Shown one piece after another: positions 1 to 15,000 of a DNA stretch of 64,000 nt (position 1 is the stretch's first letter; each line of letters begins with the position of its first letter). Source of the stretch: Malacoraja senta (Eukaryota); contig JAXLNO010000529.1 in the NCBI GenBank assembly GCA_038087875.1, positions 310,001 through 374,000 on the forward strand, written 5' to 3'. The notes beneath the pieces were generated by a model that was given only the letters and a program-made list of their open reading frames with translations, was not told the DNA's origin and did not search any database. The translations under genes and the position numbers were made by a program.

Positions 1-3000
1 GGTTGTGGGGACTGTGGGCTCTGTGGGCACTGTGGGGGACTGTGGGGTTGTGGGGACTGTGGGGACTGTGGGGTTGTGGGGACTGTGGGCACTGTGGGGA
101 CTGTGGGGACTGTCGGGACTGTGGGGTTGTGGGGACTGTGGGCACTGTGGGGGACTGTGGGGACTGTGGGGTTGTGGGGACTGTGGGGACTGGGGGACTG
201 TGGGACTTGGGGGAATGTGGGCACTGTGGGGTTGTGGGACTGTGGGGGCTGTGGGACTTTGGGGGTTGTGGGACGGTGGGGACTGTGGGCACTGTGGGAC
301 TGTGGGGTTGGGGGACTGTGGGGGACTGTGGGGTTGTGGGGACTGTGGGCACTGTGGGGTTGTGGGCACTGTGGGGGACTGTGGGGGCCTGTGGGAGTGT
401 GGGGGCTGTGGGCACTGTGGGGACTGTGGGGACTGTGGGGGACTGTGGGGACTGTGGGCACTGTGGGGACTGTGGGGGCCTGTGGGATTGTGGGGGCTGT
501 GGGGTTGTGGGCAATGTGGGGGCTGTGGGCACTATGGGGACTGTGGGGTTGTGGGCACTGTGGGGACTGTGGGGACTGTGGGGGCCTGTGGGACTGTGGG
601 ACTGTGTGGGGACTGTGTGGGACTGTGTGGGGACTGTGGGACTGTGTTGGACTGTGGGGACTATGGGACTGTGTGGGACTGTGTGGGGACTGTGGGGGAC
701 TGTGGGGACTGTGGGACTGTGTGGGACTGTGTGGGGACTGTGTGGGGACTGTGGGGACTGTGGGGGCCTGTGGGGACTGTGGGGTTGTGGGGACTGTGGG
801 CACTGTGGGGACTGTGGGGGACTGTGGGGACTGTGGGGTTGTGGGGACTGTGGGGACTGTGGGGTTGTGGGGACTGTGGGCACTGTGGGCACTGTGGGGA
901 CTGTGGGGTTGTGGGGACTGTGGGCTCTGTGGGGGACTGTGGGGTTGTGGGGGACTGTGGGGACTGTGGGGTTGTGGGGACTGTGGGCACTGTGGGGACT
1001 GTGGGGGACTGTCGGGACTGTGGGGTTGTGGGGACTGTGGGCACTGTGGGGGACTGTGGGGTTGTGGGGACTGTGGGGTTGTGGGGCCTGTCGGGACTGT
1101 GGGGGACTGTGGGGGCCTGTGGGGACTGTGGGGTTGTGGGGTTGTGGGGACTGTGGGGTTGTGGGGACTGTGGGGACTGGGGGACTGTGGGACTTGGGGG
1201 AATGTGGGCACTGTGGGGTTGTGGGACTGTGGGGGCTGTGGGACTTTGGGGGTTGTGGGACGGTGGGGACTGTGGGCACTGTGCGACTGTGGGGTTGGGG
1301 GACTGTGGGGACTGTGGGGTTGTGGGGACTGTGGGCACTGTGGGGTTGTGGGCACTGTGGGGGACTGTGGGGGCCTGTGGGAGTGTGGGGGCTGTGGGCA
1401 CTGTGGGGACTGTGGGGACTGTGGGGGACTGTGGGCACTGTGGGGACTGTGGGGACTGTGGGGGCCTGTGGATTGTGGGGGCTGTGGGGGCTGTGGGGTT
1501 GTGGGCAATGTGGGGGCTGTGGGGGCTGTGGGCACTATGGGGACTGTGGGGTTGTGGGCACTGTGGGGACTGTGGGGACTGTGGGGGGCTGTGGGACTGT
1601 GGGACTGTGTGGGGACTGTGTGGGACTGTGTGGGGACTGTGGGACTGTGTTGGACTGTGGGGACTGTGGGACTGTGTGGGACTGTGTGGGGACTGTGGGG
1701 GACTGTGGGGACTGTGGGACTGTGTGGGACTGTGTGGGGACTGCGGGGGACTGTGGGGGACTGTGTGTACTGGGGGGCTGTGGGACTGTGGGACTGTGTG
1801 GGGACTGTGGGGCTGTGTGGGGACTGTGGGACTGTGTGGGGACTGTGGGGACTGTGTGGGGACTGTGGGACTGTGTGGGGACTGTGGGACTGTGGGACTG
1901 TGGGGCTGTGTGGGGACTGTGGGGACTGTGGGACTGTGGGGACTGTGGGGACTGTGGGACTGTGTGGGGACTGTGTGGGGAATGTGGGGAATGAGGGACT
2001 GTGGGACTGTGGGGACTGTGTGGGACTGTGGGACTGTGTGGGGACTGTGGGACTGTATGGGGACTGTGGGACAGTGGGGACTGTGTGGGACTGTGGGACT
2101 GTGTGGGGACTGTGGGACTGTGTGGGGACTGTGGGACTGTGGGGACTGTGTGGGACTGTGGGACTGTGTGGGGACTGTGGGACTGTGTGGGGACTGTGGG
2201 ACTGTGTGGGGACTGTGGGGACTGTGTGGGACTGTGTGGGGACTGTGTGGTACTGTGTGGGACTGTGTGGGACTGTGGGGACTGTGTGGGACTGTGGGGA
2301 CTGTGTGGGAACTGTGGGGGACTGTGGGGACTGTGTTAGACTGTGTGGGACTGTGTGGGACTGTGTGGGACTGTGTGGGACTGTGTGGGACTGTGGGGAC
2401 TGTGTGGGGACTGTGTGGGACTCTGGGGACTGTGTGCGACTGTGGGGGACTGTGTGGGACTGTGGGGGACTGTGTGGGACTGTGGGGACTGTGTGGGACT
2501 GTGTGGGACTGTGGGACTGTGTGGGACTGTTTGGGACTGTGTGGGACTGTGGGGACTGTGTGTGGGACTGTGGGACTGTGTGGGGACTGTGGGGACTGTG
2601 TGGGACTGTGTGGGACTGTGGGGACTGTGTGGGGACTCTGGGACTGTGTGGGGACTGTGGGGACTGTGGGGGCTGTGTGGGGACTGTGGGACTGTGGGAC
2701 TGTGTGTGGACTGTGTGTGGGACTGTGGGACTGTGTGGGGACTGTGTGTGGGACTGTGGGGACTGTGTGGGGACTGTGGGGACTGTGTGGGGACTGTGGG
2801 GACTGTGGGACTGTGTGGGACTGTGTGTGGGACTGTGTGGGACTGTGTGGGGACTGTGTGGGGACTGTGTGGGACTGTGTGGGGACTGTGTGGGACTGTG
2901 GGGACTGTGTGGGACTGTGGGGGACTGTGAGGACTGTGGGGGACTGTGGGGACTGTGTGGGACTGTGGGGACTGTGGGGACTGTGTGGGACTGTGGGGAA

Positions 3001-6000
3001 TGTGTGGGACTGTGTGGGACTGTGGGGACTGTGTGGGACTGTGGGGACTGTGTGGGACTGTGGGGGACTGTGGGGACTGTGGGGGACTGTGGGGACTGTG
3101 TGGGACTGTGGGGACTGTGGGGACTGTGTGGGACTGTGGGGAATGTGTGGGACTGTGTGGGACTGTGGGGACTGTGTGGGACTGTGTGGGACTGTGGGGG
3201 ACTGTGTGGGACTGTGGGACTGTGTGGGACTGTGGGGACTGTGTGGGACTGTGGGGACTGTGTGGGACTGTGTGGGGACTGTGGGGACTGTGTGGGACTG
3301 TGGGGGACTGTGGGGACTGTGTGGGACTGTGGGGGACTGTGTGGGACTGTGGAGACTGTGGGGACTGTGGGGACTGTGTGGGACTGTGGGGACTGTGTGG
3401 GACTGTGTGGGACTGTGTGGGAATGTGGGGGACTGTGGGGACTGTGTGGGGACTGCGTGGGACTGTGTGGGACTGTGGGGACTGTGTGGGACTGTGAGGA
3501 CTGTGTGGGACTGTGGGGACTGTGTGGGGCTGTGGGGACTGTGTGGGACTGTGTGGGACTGTGCGGACTGTGTGGGACTGTGGGGACTGTGTGGGACTGT
3601 GGGGGACTGTGGCGGACTGTGTGGGAACTGTGGGGACTGTGGGGACTGTGTGGGACTGTGTGGGACTGTGGGGACTGTGTGGGACTGTGGGGACTGTGTG
3701 GGACTATGGGGACTGTGTGGGGACTGTGTGGGACTGTGGGGACTATGTGGGACTGTGGGGGACTGTGTGGGACTGTAGGGGACTGTGTGGGACTGTGTGG
3801 GGACTGTGTGGGACCGTGGGGGACTGTGTGGGACTGTGGGACTGTGTGGGACTGTGTGGGGACTGTGTGGGGACTGTGGGGACTGTGTGGGGACTGTGGG
3901 GGCCTGTGGGGACTGTGGGGTTGTGGGGACTGTGGGCACTGTGGGGACTGTGGGGGACTGTGGGGACTGTGGGGACTGTGGGGACTGTGGGGTTGTGGGG
4001 ACTGTGGGCACTGTGGGGACTGTGGGGTTGTGGGGACTGTGGGCTCTGTGGGCACTGTGGGGGACTGTGGGGTTGTGGGGACTGTGGGGACTGTGGGGTT
4101 GTGGGGACTGTGGGCACTGTGGGGACTGTGGGGGACTGTCGGGACTGTGGGGTTGTGGGGACTGTGGGCACTGTGGGCACTGTGGGGGACTGTGGGGACT
4201 GTGGGGTTGTGGGGACTGTGGGGTTGTGGGGCCTGTCGGGACTGTGGGGGACTGTGGGGGCCTGTGGGGACTGTGTGGTTGTGGGGTTGTGGGGACTGTG
4301 GGGTTGTGGGGACTGTGGGGACTGGGGGACTGTGGGACTTGGGGGAATGTGGGCACTGTGGGGTTGTGGGACTGTGGGGACTGTGGGGGCTGTGGGGGCT
4401 GTGGGCACTATGGGGACTGTGGGGTTGTGGGCACTGTGGGGACTGTGGGGACTGTGGGGGCCTGTGGGACTGTGGGACTGTGTGGGGACTGTGTGGGACT
4501 GTGTGGGGACTGTGGGACTGTGTTGGACTGTGTGGACTGTGGGACTGTGTGGGACTGTGTGGGGACTGTGGGACTGTGTGGGGCTGTGTGGGACTGTGTG
4601 GGGACTGCGGGGGACTGTGGGACTGTGGGGGACTGTGTGTACTGGGGGGCTGTGGGACTGTGGGACTGTGTGGGGACTGTGGGGCTGTGTGGGGACTGTG
4701 GGACTGTGTGGGGACTGTGGGGACTGTGTGGGGACTGTGGGACTGTGTGGGGACTGTGGGGACTGTGGGACTGTGGAACTGTGTGGGGACTGTGGGGCTG
4801 TGTGGGGACTGTGGGGACTGTGGGACTGTGGGGACTGTGGGGACTGTGGGACTGTGTGGGGACTGTGTGGGGACTGTGGGGAATGTGGGACTGTGGGACT
4901 GTGGGGACTGTGTGGGACTGTGGGACTGTGTGGGGACTGTGGGACTGTGTGGGGACTGTGGGACTGTGTGGGGACTGTGGGGACTGTGGGACTGTGGGAC
5001 TGTGTGGGGACTGTGGGACTGTGTGGGAACTGTGGGGACTGTGGGACTGTGTGGGGACTGTGTGGGGACTGTGGTGACTGTGGGACTGTGTGGGGACTGT
5101 GGGACTGTGGGGACTGTGTGGGACTGTGGGACTGTGTGGGGACTGTGGGACTGTGTGGGGACTGTGGGACTGTGTGGGGACTGTGGGGACTGTGTGGCAC
5201 TGTGTGGGGACTGTGTGGGGATGTGGGACTGTGGGACTGTGTGGGACTGTGGGGGAATGTGGGGGACTGTGGGGGAATGTGGGACTGTGGGGGACTGTGG
5301 GGGACTGTGGGGACTGTGGGGGAATGTGGGACTGTGGGGGACTGTGCGACTGTGGGGGAATGTGGGGACTGTGGGGGCTGTGGGGACTGTGGGGGACTGT
5401 GGGACTGTGGGGGACTGTGCGACTGTGGGGGAATGTGTGGGGACTGTGGGGACTGTGGGGGAATGTGGGACTGTGGGGGACTGTGGGGACTGTGGGGCTG
5501 TGGGGGAATGTGGGACTGTGGGGGACTGTGCGACTGTGGGGGAATGTGGGGACTGTGGGGACTGTGTGGGGACTGTGGGGACTGCGTGGGACTGTGTGGG
5601 GACTGTGGGACTGTCGGGGACTGTGGGACTGTGGGGACTGTGTGGGGACTGTGGGACTGTGGGACTGTGGGGGACTGTGGGACTGTGGGGACTGTGTGGG
5701 ACTGTGTGTGGACTGTGGGACTGTGGGACTGTCGGGGACTGTGGGACTGTGGGGACTGTGTGGGGACTGTGGGGGCTGTGGGGACTGTGTGGGACTGTGT
5801 GGGGACTGTGGGACTGTGTGGGGACTGTGGGGGCTGTGTGGGGACTGTGGGGACTGTGGGGACTGTGTGGGGACTGTGGGACTGTGTGGGGACTGTGGGG
5901 ACTGTGGGACTGTGTGGGGACTGTGGGGGACTGTGTGGGGACTGTGGGCCTGTGTGGGGACTGTGTGGACTGTGTGGGACTGTGGGACTGTGTGGGGACT

Positions 6001-9000
6001 GTGTGGGACTGTGTGGGGACTGTGGGGACTGTGTGGGACTGTGTGGGACTGTGAGGGAAAGTGGGGACTGTGCGGACTGTGGGACTGTGTGGGGACTGTG
6101 GGGACTGTGGGACTGTGTGGGACTGTATGGGACTGTGGGGACTGTGTGGGACTGTGTGGGGACTGTGGGGACTGTGGGACTATGTGGGGACTGTGGGGCT
6201 GTGTGGGGACTGTGGGACTATTTGGGGACTGTGGGGGGACTGTGGGACTGTGTGGGGACTGTGGGGACTGTGTGGGGTCTGTGCTGACTGTGGGACGGTG
6301 TGGGGACTGTGGGACTGTGTGGGGACTGTGGGACTGTGTGGGTACTGTGGGGACTGTGGGACTGTGGGACTGTGGGACTGTGTGGGACTGTGGGGTCTGT
6401 GTGTGGGACTGTGGGACTGTGTGGGGACTGTGTGTGGGACTGTGGGGACTGTGTGGGGACTGTGGGGGACTGTGGGGACTGTGGGACTGTGGGGACTGTG
6501 TGGGACTGTGGGACTGTGTGGGGACTGTGGGACTGTGTGGGGACTGTGGGACTGTGTGGGGACTGTGGGACTGTGTGGGGACTGTGGGGACTGTGGGACT
6601 GTGGGACTGTGTGGGGGACTGTGGGGACTGTGGGGACTGTGGGGGACTGTGGGACTGTGGGGGACAGTGGGGGACTGTGTGGGGACTGTGGGGACTGTGG
6701 GGGATGGTGGGACTGTGGGGGACTGTGCGACTGTGGGGGAATGTGGGGACTGTGGAGGCTGTGGGGGACTGTGGGACTGTGGGGGACTGTGCGACTGTGG
6801 GGGAATGTGTGGGGACTGTGGGGACTGTGGGGACTATGGAGGAATGTGGGACTGTGGGGGACTGTGGGGACTATGGGGGAATGTGGGACTGTGGGGGACT
6901 GTGCGACTGTGGGGGAATGTGGGGACTGTGGGGACTGTGTGGGGACTGTGGGGGCTGTGGGGACTGTGTGGGACTGTGTGGGGACTGTGGGACTGTGGGA
7001 CTGTCGGGGACTGTGGGACTGTGGGGACTGTGTGGGGACTGTGGGACTGTGGGACTGTGGGGGACTGTGGGACTGTGTGGGACTGTGGGACTGTGGGACT
7101 GTCGGGGACTGTGGGACTGTGGGGACTGTGTGGGGACTGTGGGGGCTGTGGGGACTGTGTGGGACTGTGTGGGGACTGTGGGACTGTGTGGGGACTGTGG
7201 GGACTGTGGGGGCTGTGTGGGGACTGTGTGGGACTGTGGGGACTGTGGGGACTGTGTGGGACTATGGGGACTGTGTGGGGACTGTGTGGGACTGTGGGGA
7301 CTATGTGGGACTGTGGGGGACTGTGTGGGACTGTGGGGGACTGTGTGGGACTGTGTGGGGACTGTGTGGGACCGTGGGGGACTGTGTGGGACTGTGGGAC
7401 TGTGTGGGACTGTGTGGGGACTGTGTGGGGACTGTGGGGACTGTGTGGGGACTGTGGGGGCCTGTGGGGACTGTGGGGTTGTGGGGACTGTGGGCACTGT
7501 GGGGACTGTGGGGGACTGTGGGGACTGTGGGGACTGTGGGGACTGTGGGGTTGTGGGGACTGTGGGCACTGTGGGGACTGTGGGGTTGTGGGGACTGTGG
7601 GCTCTGTGGGCACTGTGGGGGACTGTGGGGTTGTGGGGACTGTGGGGACTGTGGGGTTGTGGGGACTGTGGGCACTGTGGGGACTGTGGGGGACTGTCGG
7701 GACTGTGGGGTTGTGGGGACTGTGGGCACTGTGGGCACTGTGGGGGACTGTGGGGACTGTGGGTTGTGGGGACTGTGGGGTTGTGGGGCCTGTCGGGACT
7801 GTGGGGGACTGTGGGGGCCTGTGGGGACTGTGTGGTTGTGGGGTTGTGGGGACTGTGGGGTTGTGGGGACTGTGGGGACTGGGGGACTGTGGGACTTGGG
7901 GGAATGTGGGCACTGTGGGGTTGTGGGACTGTGGGGACTGTGGGGGCTGTGGGGGCTGTGGGCACTATGGGGACTGTGGGGTTGTGGGCACTGTGGGGAC
8001 TGTGGGGACTGTGGGGGCCTGTGGGACTGTGGGACTGTGTGGGGACTGTGTGGGACTGTGTGGGGACTGTGGGACTGTGTTGGACTGTGTGGACTGTGGG
8101 ACTGTGTGGGACTGTGTGGGGACTGTGGGACTGTGTGGGGCTGTGTGGGACTGTGTGGGGACTGCGGGGGACTGTGGGACTGTGGGGGACTGTGTGTACT
8201 GGGGGGCTGTGGGACTGTGGGACTGTGTGGGGACTGTGGGGCTGTGTGGGGACTGTGGGACTGTGTGGGGACTGTGGGGACTGTGTGGGGACTGTGGGAC
8301 TGTGTGGGGACTGTGGGGACTGTGGGACTGTGGAACTGTGTGGGGACTGTGGGGCTGTGTGGGGACTGTGGGGACTGTGGGACTGTGGGGACTGTGGGGA
8401 CTGTGGGACTGTGTGGGGACTGTGTGGGGACTGTGGGGAATGTGGGACTGTGGGACTGTGGGGACTGTGTGGGACTGTGGGACTGTGTGGGGACTGTGGG
8501 ACTGTGTGGGGACTGTGGGACTGTGTGGGGACTGTGGGGACTGTGGGACTGTGGGACTGTGTGGGGACTGTGGGACTGTGTGGGAACTGTGGGGACTGTG
8601 GGACTGTGTGGGGACTGTGTGGGGACTGTGGTGACTGTGGGACTGTGTGGGGACTGTGGGACTGTGGGGACTGTGTGGGACTGTGGGACTGTGTGGGGAC
8701 TGTGGGACTGTGTGGGGACTGTGGGACTGTGTGGGGACTGTGGGGACTGTGTGGCACTGTGTGGGGACTGTGTGGGGATGTGGGACTGTGGGACTGTGTG
8801 GGACTGTGGGGGAATGTGGGGGACTGTGGGGGAATGTGGGACTGTGGGGGACTGTGGGGGACTGTGGGGACTGTGGGGGAATGTGGGACTGTGGGGGACT
8901 GTGCGACTGTGGGGGAATGTGGGGACTGTGGGGGCTGTGGGGACTGTGGGGGACTGTGGGACTGTGGGGGACTGTGCGACTGTGGGGGAATGTGTGGGGA

Positions 9001-12000
9001 CTGTGGGGACTGTGGGGGAATGTGGGACTGTGGGGGACTGTGGGGACTGTGGGGCTGTGGGGGAATGTGGGACTGTGGGGGACTGTGCGACTGTGGGGGA
9101 ATGTGGGGACTGTGGGGACTGTGTGGGGACTGTGGGGACTGCGTGGGACTGTGTGGGGACTGTGGGACTGTCGGGGACTGTGGGACTGTGGGGACTGTGT
9201 GGGGACTGTGGGACTGTGGGACTGTGGGGGACTGTGGGACTGTGGGGACTGTGTGGGACTGTGTGTGGACTGTGGGACTGTGGGACTGTCGGGGACTGTG
9301 GGACTGTGGGGACTGTGTGGGGACTGTGGGGGCTGTGGGGACTGTGGGGACTGTGTGGGACTGTGTGGGGACTGTGGGACTGTGTGGGGACTGTGGGGGC
9401 TGTGTGGGGACTGTGGGGACTGTGGGGACTGTGTGGGGACTGTGGGACTGTGTGGGGACTGTGGGGACTGTGGGACTGTGTGGGGACTGTGGGGGACTGT
9501 GTGGGGACTGTGGGACTGTGTGGGGACTGTGTGGACTGTGTGGGACTGTGGGACTGTGTGGGGACTGTGTGGGACTGTGTGGGGACTGTGGGGACTGTGT
9601 GGGACTGTGTGGGACTGTGAGGGAAAGTGGGGACTGTGCGGACTGTGGGACTGTGTGGGGACTGTGGGGACTGTGGGACTGTGTGGGACTGTATGGGACT
9701 GTGTGGGACTGTGTGGGGACTGTGGGGACTGTGGGACTATGTGGGGACTGTGGGGCTGTGTGGGGACTGTGGGACTATTTGGGGACTGTGGGGGGACTGT
9801 GGGACTGTGTGGGGACTGTGGGGACTGTGTGGGGTCTGTGCTGACTGTGGGACGGTGTGGGGACTGTGGGACTGTGTGGGGACTGTGGGACTGTGTGGGT
9901 ACTGTGGGGACTGTGGGACTGTGGGACTGTGGGACTGTGTGGGACTGTGGGGACTGTGTGTGGGACTGTGGGACTGTGTGGGGACTGTGTGTGGGACTGT
10001 GGGGACTGTGTGGGGACTGTGGGGGACTGTGGGGACTGTGGGACTGTGTGGACTGTGTGGGACTGTGGGACTGTGTGGGGACTGTGGGACTGTGTGGGGA
10101 CTGTGGGACTGTGTGGGGACTGTGGGACTGTGTGGGGACTGTGGGGACTGTGGGACTGTGGGACTGTGTGGGGGACTGTGGGGACTGTGGGGACTGTGGG
10201 GGACTGTGGGACTGTGGGGGACAGTGGGGGACTGTGTGGGGACTGTGGGGACTGTGGGGGATGGTGGGACTGTGGGGGACTGTGCGCTGTGGGGGAATGT
10301 GGGGACTGTGGAGGCTGTGGGGGACTGTGGGACTGTGGGGGACTGTGCGACTGTGGGGGAATGTGTGGGGACTGTGGGGACTGTGGGGACTATGGAGGAA
10401 TGTGGGACTGTGGGGGACTGTGGGGACTGTGGGGACTATGGGGGAATGTGGGACTGTGGGGGACTGTGCGACTGTGGGGGAATGTGGGGACTGTGGGGAC
10501 TGTGTGGGGACTGTGGGGGCTGTGGGGACTGTGTGGGACTGTGTGGGGACTGTGGGACTGTGGGACTGTCGGGGACTGTGGGACTGTGGGGACTGTGTGG
10601 GGACTGTGGGACTGTGGGACTGTGGGGGACTGTGGGACTGTGTGGGACTGTGGGACTGTGGGACTGTCGGGGACTGTGGGACTGTGGGGACTGTGTGGGG
10701 ACTGTGGGGGCTGTGGGGACTGTGTGGGACTGTGTGGGGACTGTGGGACTGTGTGGGGACTGTGGGGACTGTGGGGGCTGTGTGGGGACTGTGGGGACTG
10801 TGGCGACTGTGTGGGGACTGTGGGACTGTGTGGGGACTGTGGGGACTGTGGGACTGTGTGGGGACTGTGGGGGACTGTGTGGGGACTGTGGGACTGTGTG
10901 GGGACTGTGTGGACTGTGGGACTGTGTGGGACTGTGGGACTGTGTGGGGACTGTGTGGGACTGTGTGGGACTGTGGGGACTGTGGGGACTGTGGGACTGT
11001 GTGGGGACTGTGGGGACTGTGGGACTGTGTGGGACTGTATGGGACTGTGGGGACTGTGTGGGACTGTGTGGGACTGTGTGGGGACTGTGGGGACTGTGGG
11101 ACTATGTGGGGACTGTGGGGCTGTGTGGGGACTGTGGGACTATTTGGGGACTGTGGGACTGTGTGGGGACTGTGGGGACTGTGTGGGGTCTGTGGGGACT
11201 GTGGGACTGTGTGGGGAATGTGGGGACTGTGTGGGGACTGTGGGACTGTGTGGGTACTGTGGGGACTGTGGGACTGTGGGGACTGTGGGGACTGTGGGAC
11301 TGTGTGGGACTGTGGGGACTGTGTGTGGGACTGTGGGACTGTGCGGACTGTGTGTGGGACTGTGGGGACTGTGTGGGGACTGTGGGGACTGTGTGGGGAC
11401 TGTGTGGGGACTGTGTGGGGACTGTGGGGACTGTGTGGGACTGTATGGGGACTGTGTGGGACTGTGGGGGACTGTGGGGACTGTGTTGGACTGTGGGGGA
11501 CTGTGGGAACTGTGTGGGACTGTGGGGACTGTGGGGACTGTGTGGGGACTGTGTGGCACTGTGGGGACTGTGTGGGGCTGTGGGGGACTGTGGGGACTGT
11601 GTTGGACTGTGGGGGACTGTGGGGACTGTGTGGGACTGTGGGGACTGTGGGGACTGTGGGGACTGTGTGGGACTGTGGGGACTGTGGGGAATGTGTGGGA
11701 CTGTGTGGGACTGTGGGGACTGTGTGGGACTGTGTGGGGACTGTGGGGACTGTGTGGGACTGTGGGGACTGTGTGGGACTGTGGGACTGTGTGGGAATGT
11801 GGGGACTGTGTGGGACTGTGTGGGACTGTGGGGACTGTGTGGGACTGTGGGACTGTGTGGGAATGTGGGGACTGTGTGGGACTGTGGGGACTGTGGGGAC
11901 TGTGTGGGACTGTGTGGGACTGTGGGGACTGTGTGGGACTGTGGGGGACTTTGGGGACTGTGTGGGCCTGTGTGGGTCTGTGGGGACTGTGTGGGACTGT

Positions 12001-15000
12001 GGGGGACTGTGGGGGACTGTGTGGGAACTGTGGGGACTGTGGGGACTGTGTGGGACTGTGTGGGTCTGTGGGGACTGTGTGGGCCTGTGTGGGTCTGTGG
12101 GGACTGTGTGGGACTGTGGAGGACTGTGGGGGACTGTGTGGGAACTGTGGGGACTGTGGGGACTGTGTGGGACTGTGTGGGTCTGTGGGGACTGTGTGGG
12201 ACTGTGGGGACTGTGTGGGACTGTGTGGGACTGTGTGGGGACTGTGGGGACGGTGTGGGACTGTGTGGGACTGTGGGACTGTGTGGGACTGTGTGGGGAC
12301 TGTGTGGGGACTGTGTGGGGACTGTGGGGACTGCGTGGGACTGTGTGGGGACTGTGGGACTGTGTGGGACTGTATGGGGACTGTGTGGGACTGTGTGGGG
12401 ACTGTGTGGGACTGTGGGGACTGTGTGGGACTGTGGGGGACTGTGGGGACTGTGTGGGACTGTGGGGGACTGTGGGGACTGTGTGGGACTGTGGGGACTG
12501 TGGGGACTGTGGGGACTGTGTGGGACTGTGGGGACTGTGGGGAATGTGTGGGACTGTGTGGGACTGTGGGGACTGTGTGGGACTGTGGGACTGTGTGGGA
12601 CTGTGGGGACTGTGGGGACTGTGTGGGACTGTGTGGGGACTGTGGGGACTGTGTGGGACTGTGGGGGACTGTGGGGACTGTGTGGGACTGTGGGACTGTG
12701 TGGGACTGTGGGGACTGTGTGGGACTGTGGGGACTGTGGGGACTGTGTGGGACTGTGGGGACTGTGTGGGGACTGTGGGGACTGTGTGGGACTGTGGGGA
12801 CAGTGTGGGACTGTGTGGGACTGTGGGGGGCTGTGGGGACTGTGTGGGACTGTGGGGACTGTGTGGGACTGTGGGGACTGTGTGGGACTGTGGGGACTGT
12901 GTGGGACTGTGTGGGACTGTGGGGACTGTGTGGGACTGTGGGGACTGTGTGGGACTGTGGGGGACTGTGGGGGACTGTGTGGGAACTGTGGGGACTGTGG
13001 GGACTGTGTGGGACTGTGTGGGTCTGTGGGGACTGTGTGGGACTGTGGGGACTGTGTGGGACTGTGGGGGACTGTGTGGGACTGTGTGGGACTGTGTGGG
13101 GACTGTGGGGACGGTGTGGGACTGTGTGGGACCGTGGGACTGTGTGGGACTGTGTGGGACTGTGTGGGGACTGTGTGGGGACTGTGTGGGGACTGTGGGG
13201 ACTGCGTGGGACTGTGTGGGGACCGTGGGACTGTGTGGGGACTGTGGGGAATGTGTGGGACTGTGTGGACTGTGTGGGACTGTGGGGGACTGTGGGGACT
13301 GTGTGGGACTGTGGGACTGTGTGGGACTGTGGGGACTCTGTGGGGACTGTGTGGGACTGTGGGGACTGTGTGGGACTGTGTGGGACTGTGGGGACTGTGG
13401 GACTGTGGGGACTGTGTGGGACTGTGGGGGACTGTGGGGACTGTGGGACTGTGTGGGACTCTGGGGACTGTGTGGGACTGTGGGGGACTGTGGGGACGGT
13501 GGGACTGTGGGGACTATGTGGGACTGTGTGGGACTGTGGGGACTGTGTGGGGACTGCGTGGGACTGTGGGGGACTGTGGGGACTGTGTGGGACTGTGGGG
13601 GACTGTGTGGGACTGGGGACTGTGGGGACTGTGTGGGACTGTGTGGGACTGTGTGGGACTGTGGGGACTGTGTGGGACTGTGGGGACTGTGTGGGACTGT
13701 GTGGGACTGTGTGGGACTGTGGGGACTGTGTGGGGACTGTGGGGACTGTGTGGGACTGTGTGGGACTGTGGGACTGTGTGGGATTGTGGGGACTGTGTGG
13801 GACTGTGTGGGGACTGTGGGCACTGTGGGCACTGTGGGGGACTGTGGGGACTGTGGGGTTGTGGGGACTGTGGGCACTGTGGGGACTGTGGGGGGATGTG
13901 GGGACTGTGGGGTTGTGGGGACTGTGGGGACTGTGGGGACTGTGGGCATTGTGGGCACTGTGGGGACTGTGGGGGACTGTGGGGACTGTGGGGTTGTGGG
14001 GACTGTGGGCACTGTGGGCACTGTGGGGTTGTGGGGACTGTGGGGACTGTGGGGTTGTGGGGACTGTGGGCACTGTGGGGACTGTGGGGGACCGTGGGGA
14101 CTGTGGGGTTGTGGGGACTGTGGGCACTGTGGGGTTGTGGGGATTGTGGGCACTGTGGGGACTGTGGGGGACTGTGGGGACTGTGGGGTTGTGGGCACTG
14201 TGGGCACTGTGGGGGACTGTGGGGACTGTGGGGTTGTGGGGACTGTGGGCACTGTGGGCACTGTGGGGGACTGTGGGGGGCTGTGGGGACTGTGGGGACT
14301 GTGGGGACTGTGGGGTTGTGGGGACTGTGGGGACTGTGGGGGCCTGTGGGGACTGTGGGGTTGTGGGGACTGTGGGGACTGTGGGGACTGTGGGGGACTG
14401 TGGGACTGTGTGGGACTGTGTGGGACTGTGGGGACTGTGGGGACTGTGTGGGTCTGTGTGGGACTGTGGAGACTGTGTGGGGACTGTGGGGACTGTGTGG
14501 GACTGTGGGGACTGTGTGGGACTGTGTGGGACTGTGGGGGACTGTGGGGACTGTGTGGGACTGTGGGGACTGTGTGGGACTGTGTGGGACTGTGGGGGAC
14601 TGTGGGGACTGTGTGGGACTGTGTGGGACTGTGGGGACTGTGTGGGACTGTGGGGGACTGTGGGGGACTGTGTGGGAACTGTGGGGACTGTGGGGACTGT
14701 GTGGGACTGTGTGGGACTGTGGGGACTGTGTGGGACTGTGGGGACTGTGTGGGACTGTGGGGGACTGTGTGGGGACTGTGGGGACGGTGTGGGACTGTGT
14801 GGGACTGTGGGACTGTGTGGGACTGTGTGGGACTGTGTGGGGACTGTGTGGGGACTGTGTGGGGACTGTGGGGACTGCGTGGGACTGCGTGGGGACTGTG
14901 GGACTGTGTGGGACTGTGTGGGGACTGTGGGGAATGTGTGGGACTGTGTGGACTGTGTGGGACTGTGGGGGACTGTGGGGACTGTGTGGGACTGTGGGAC

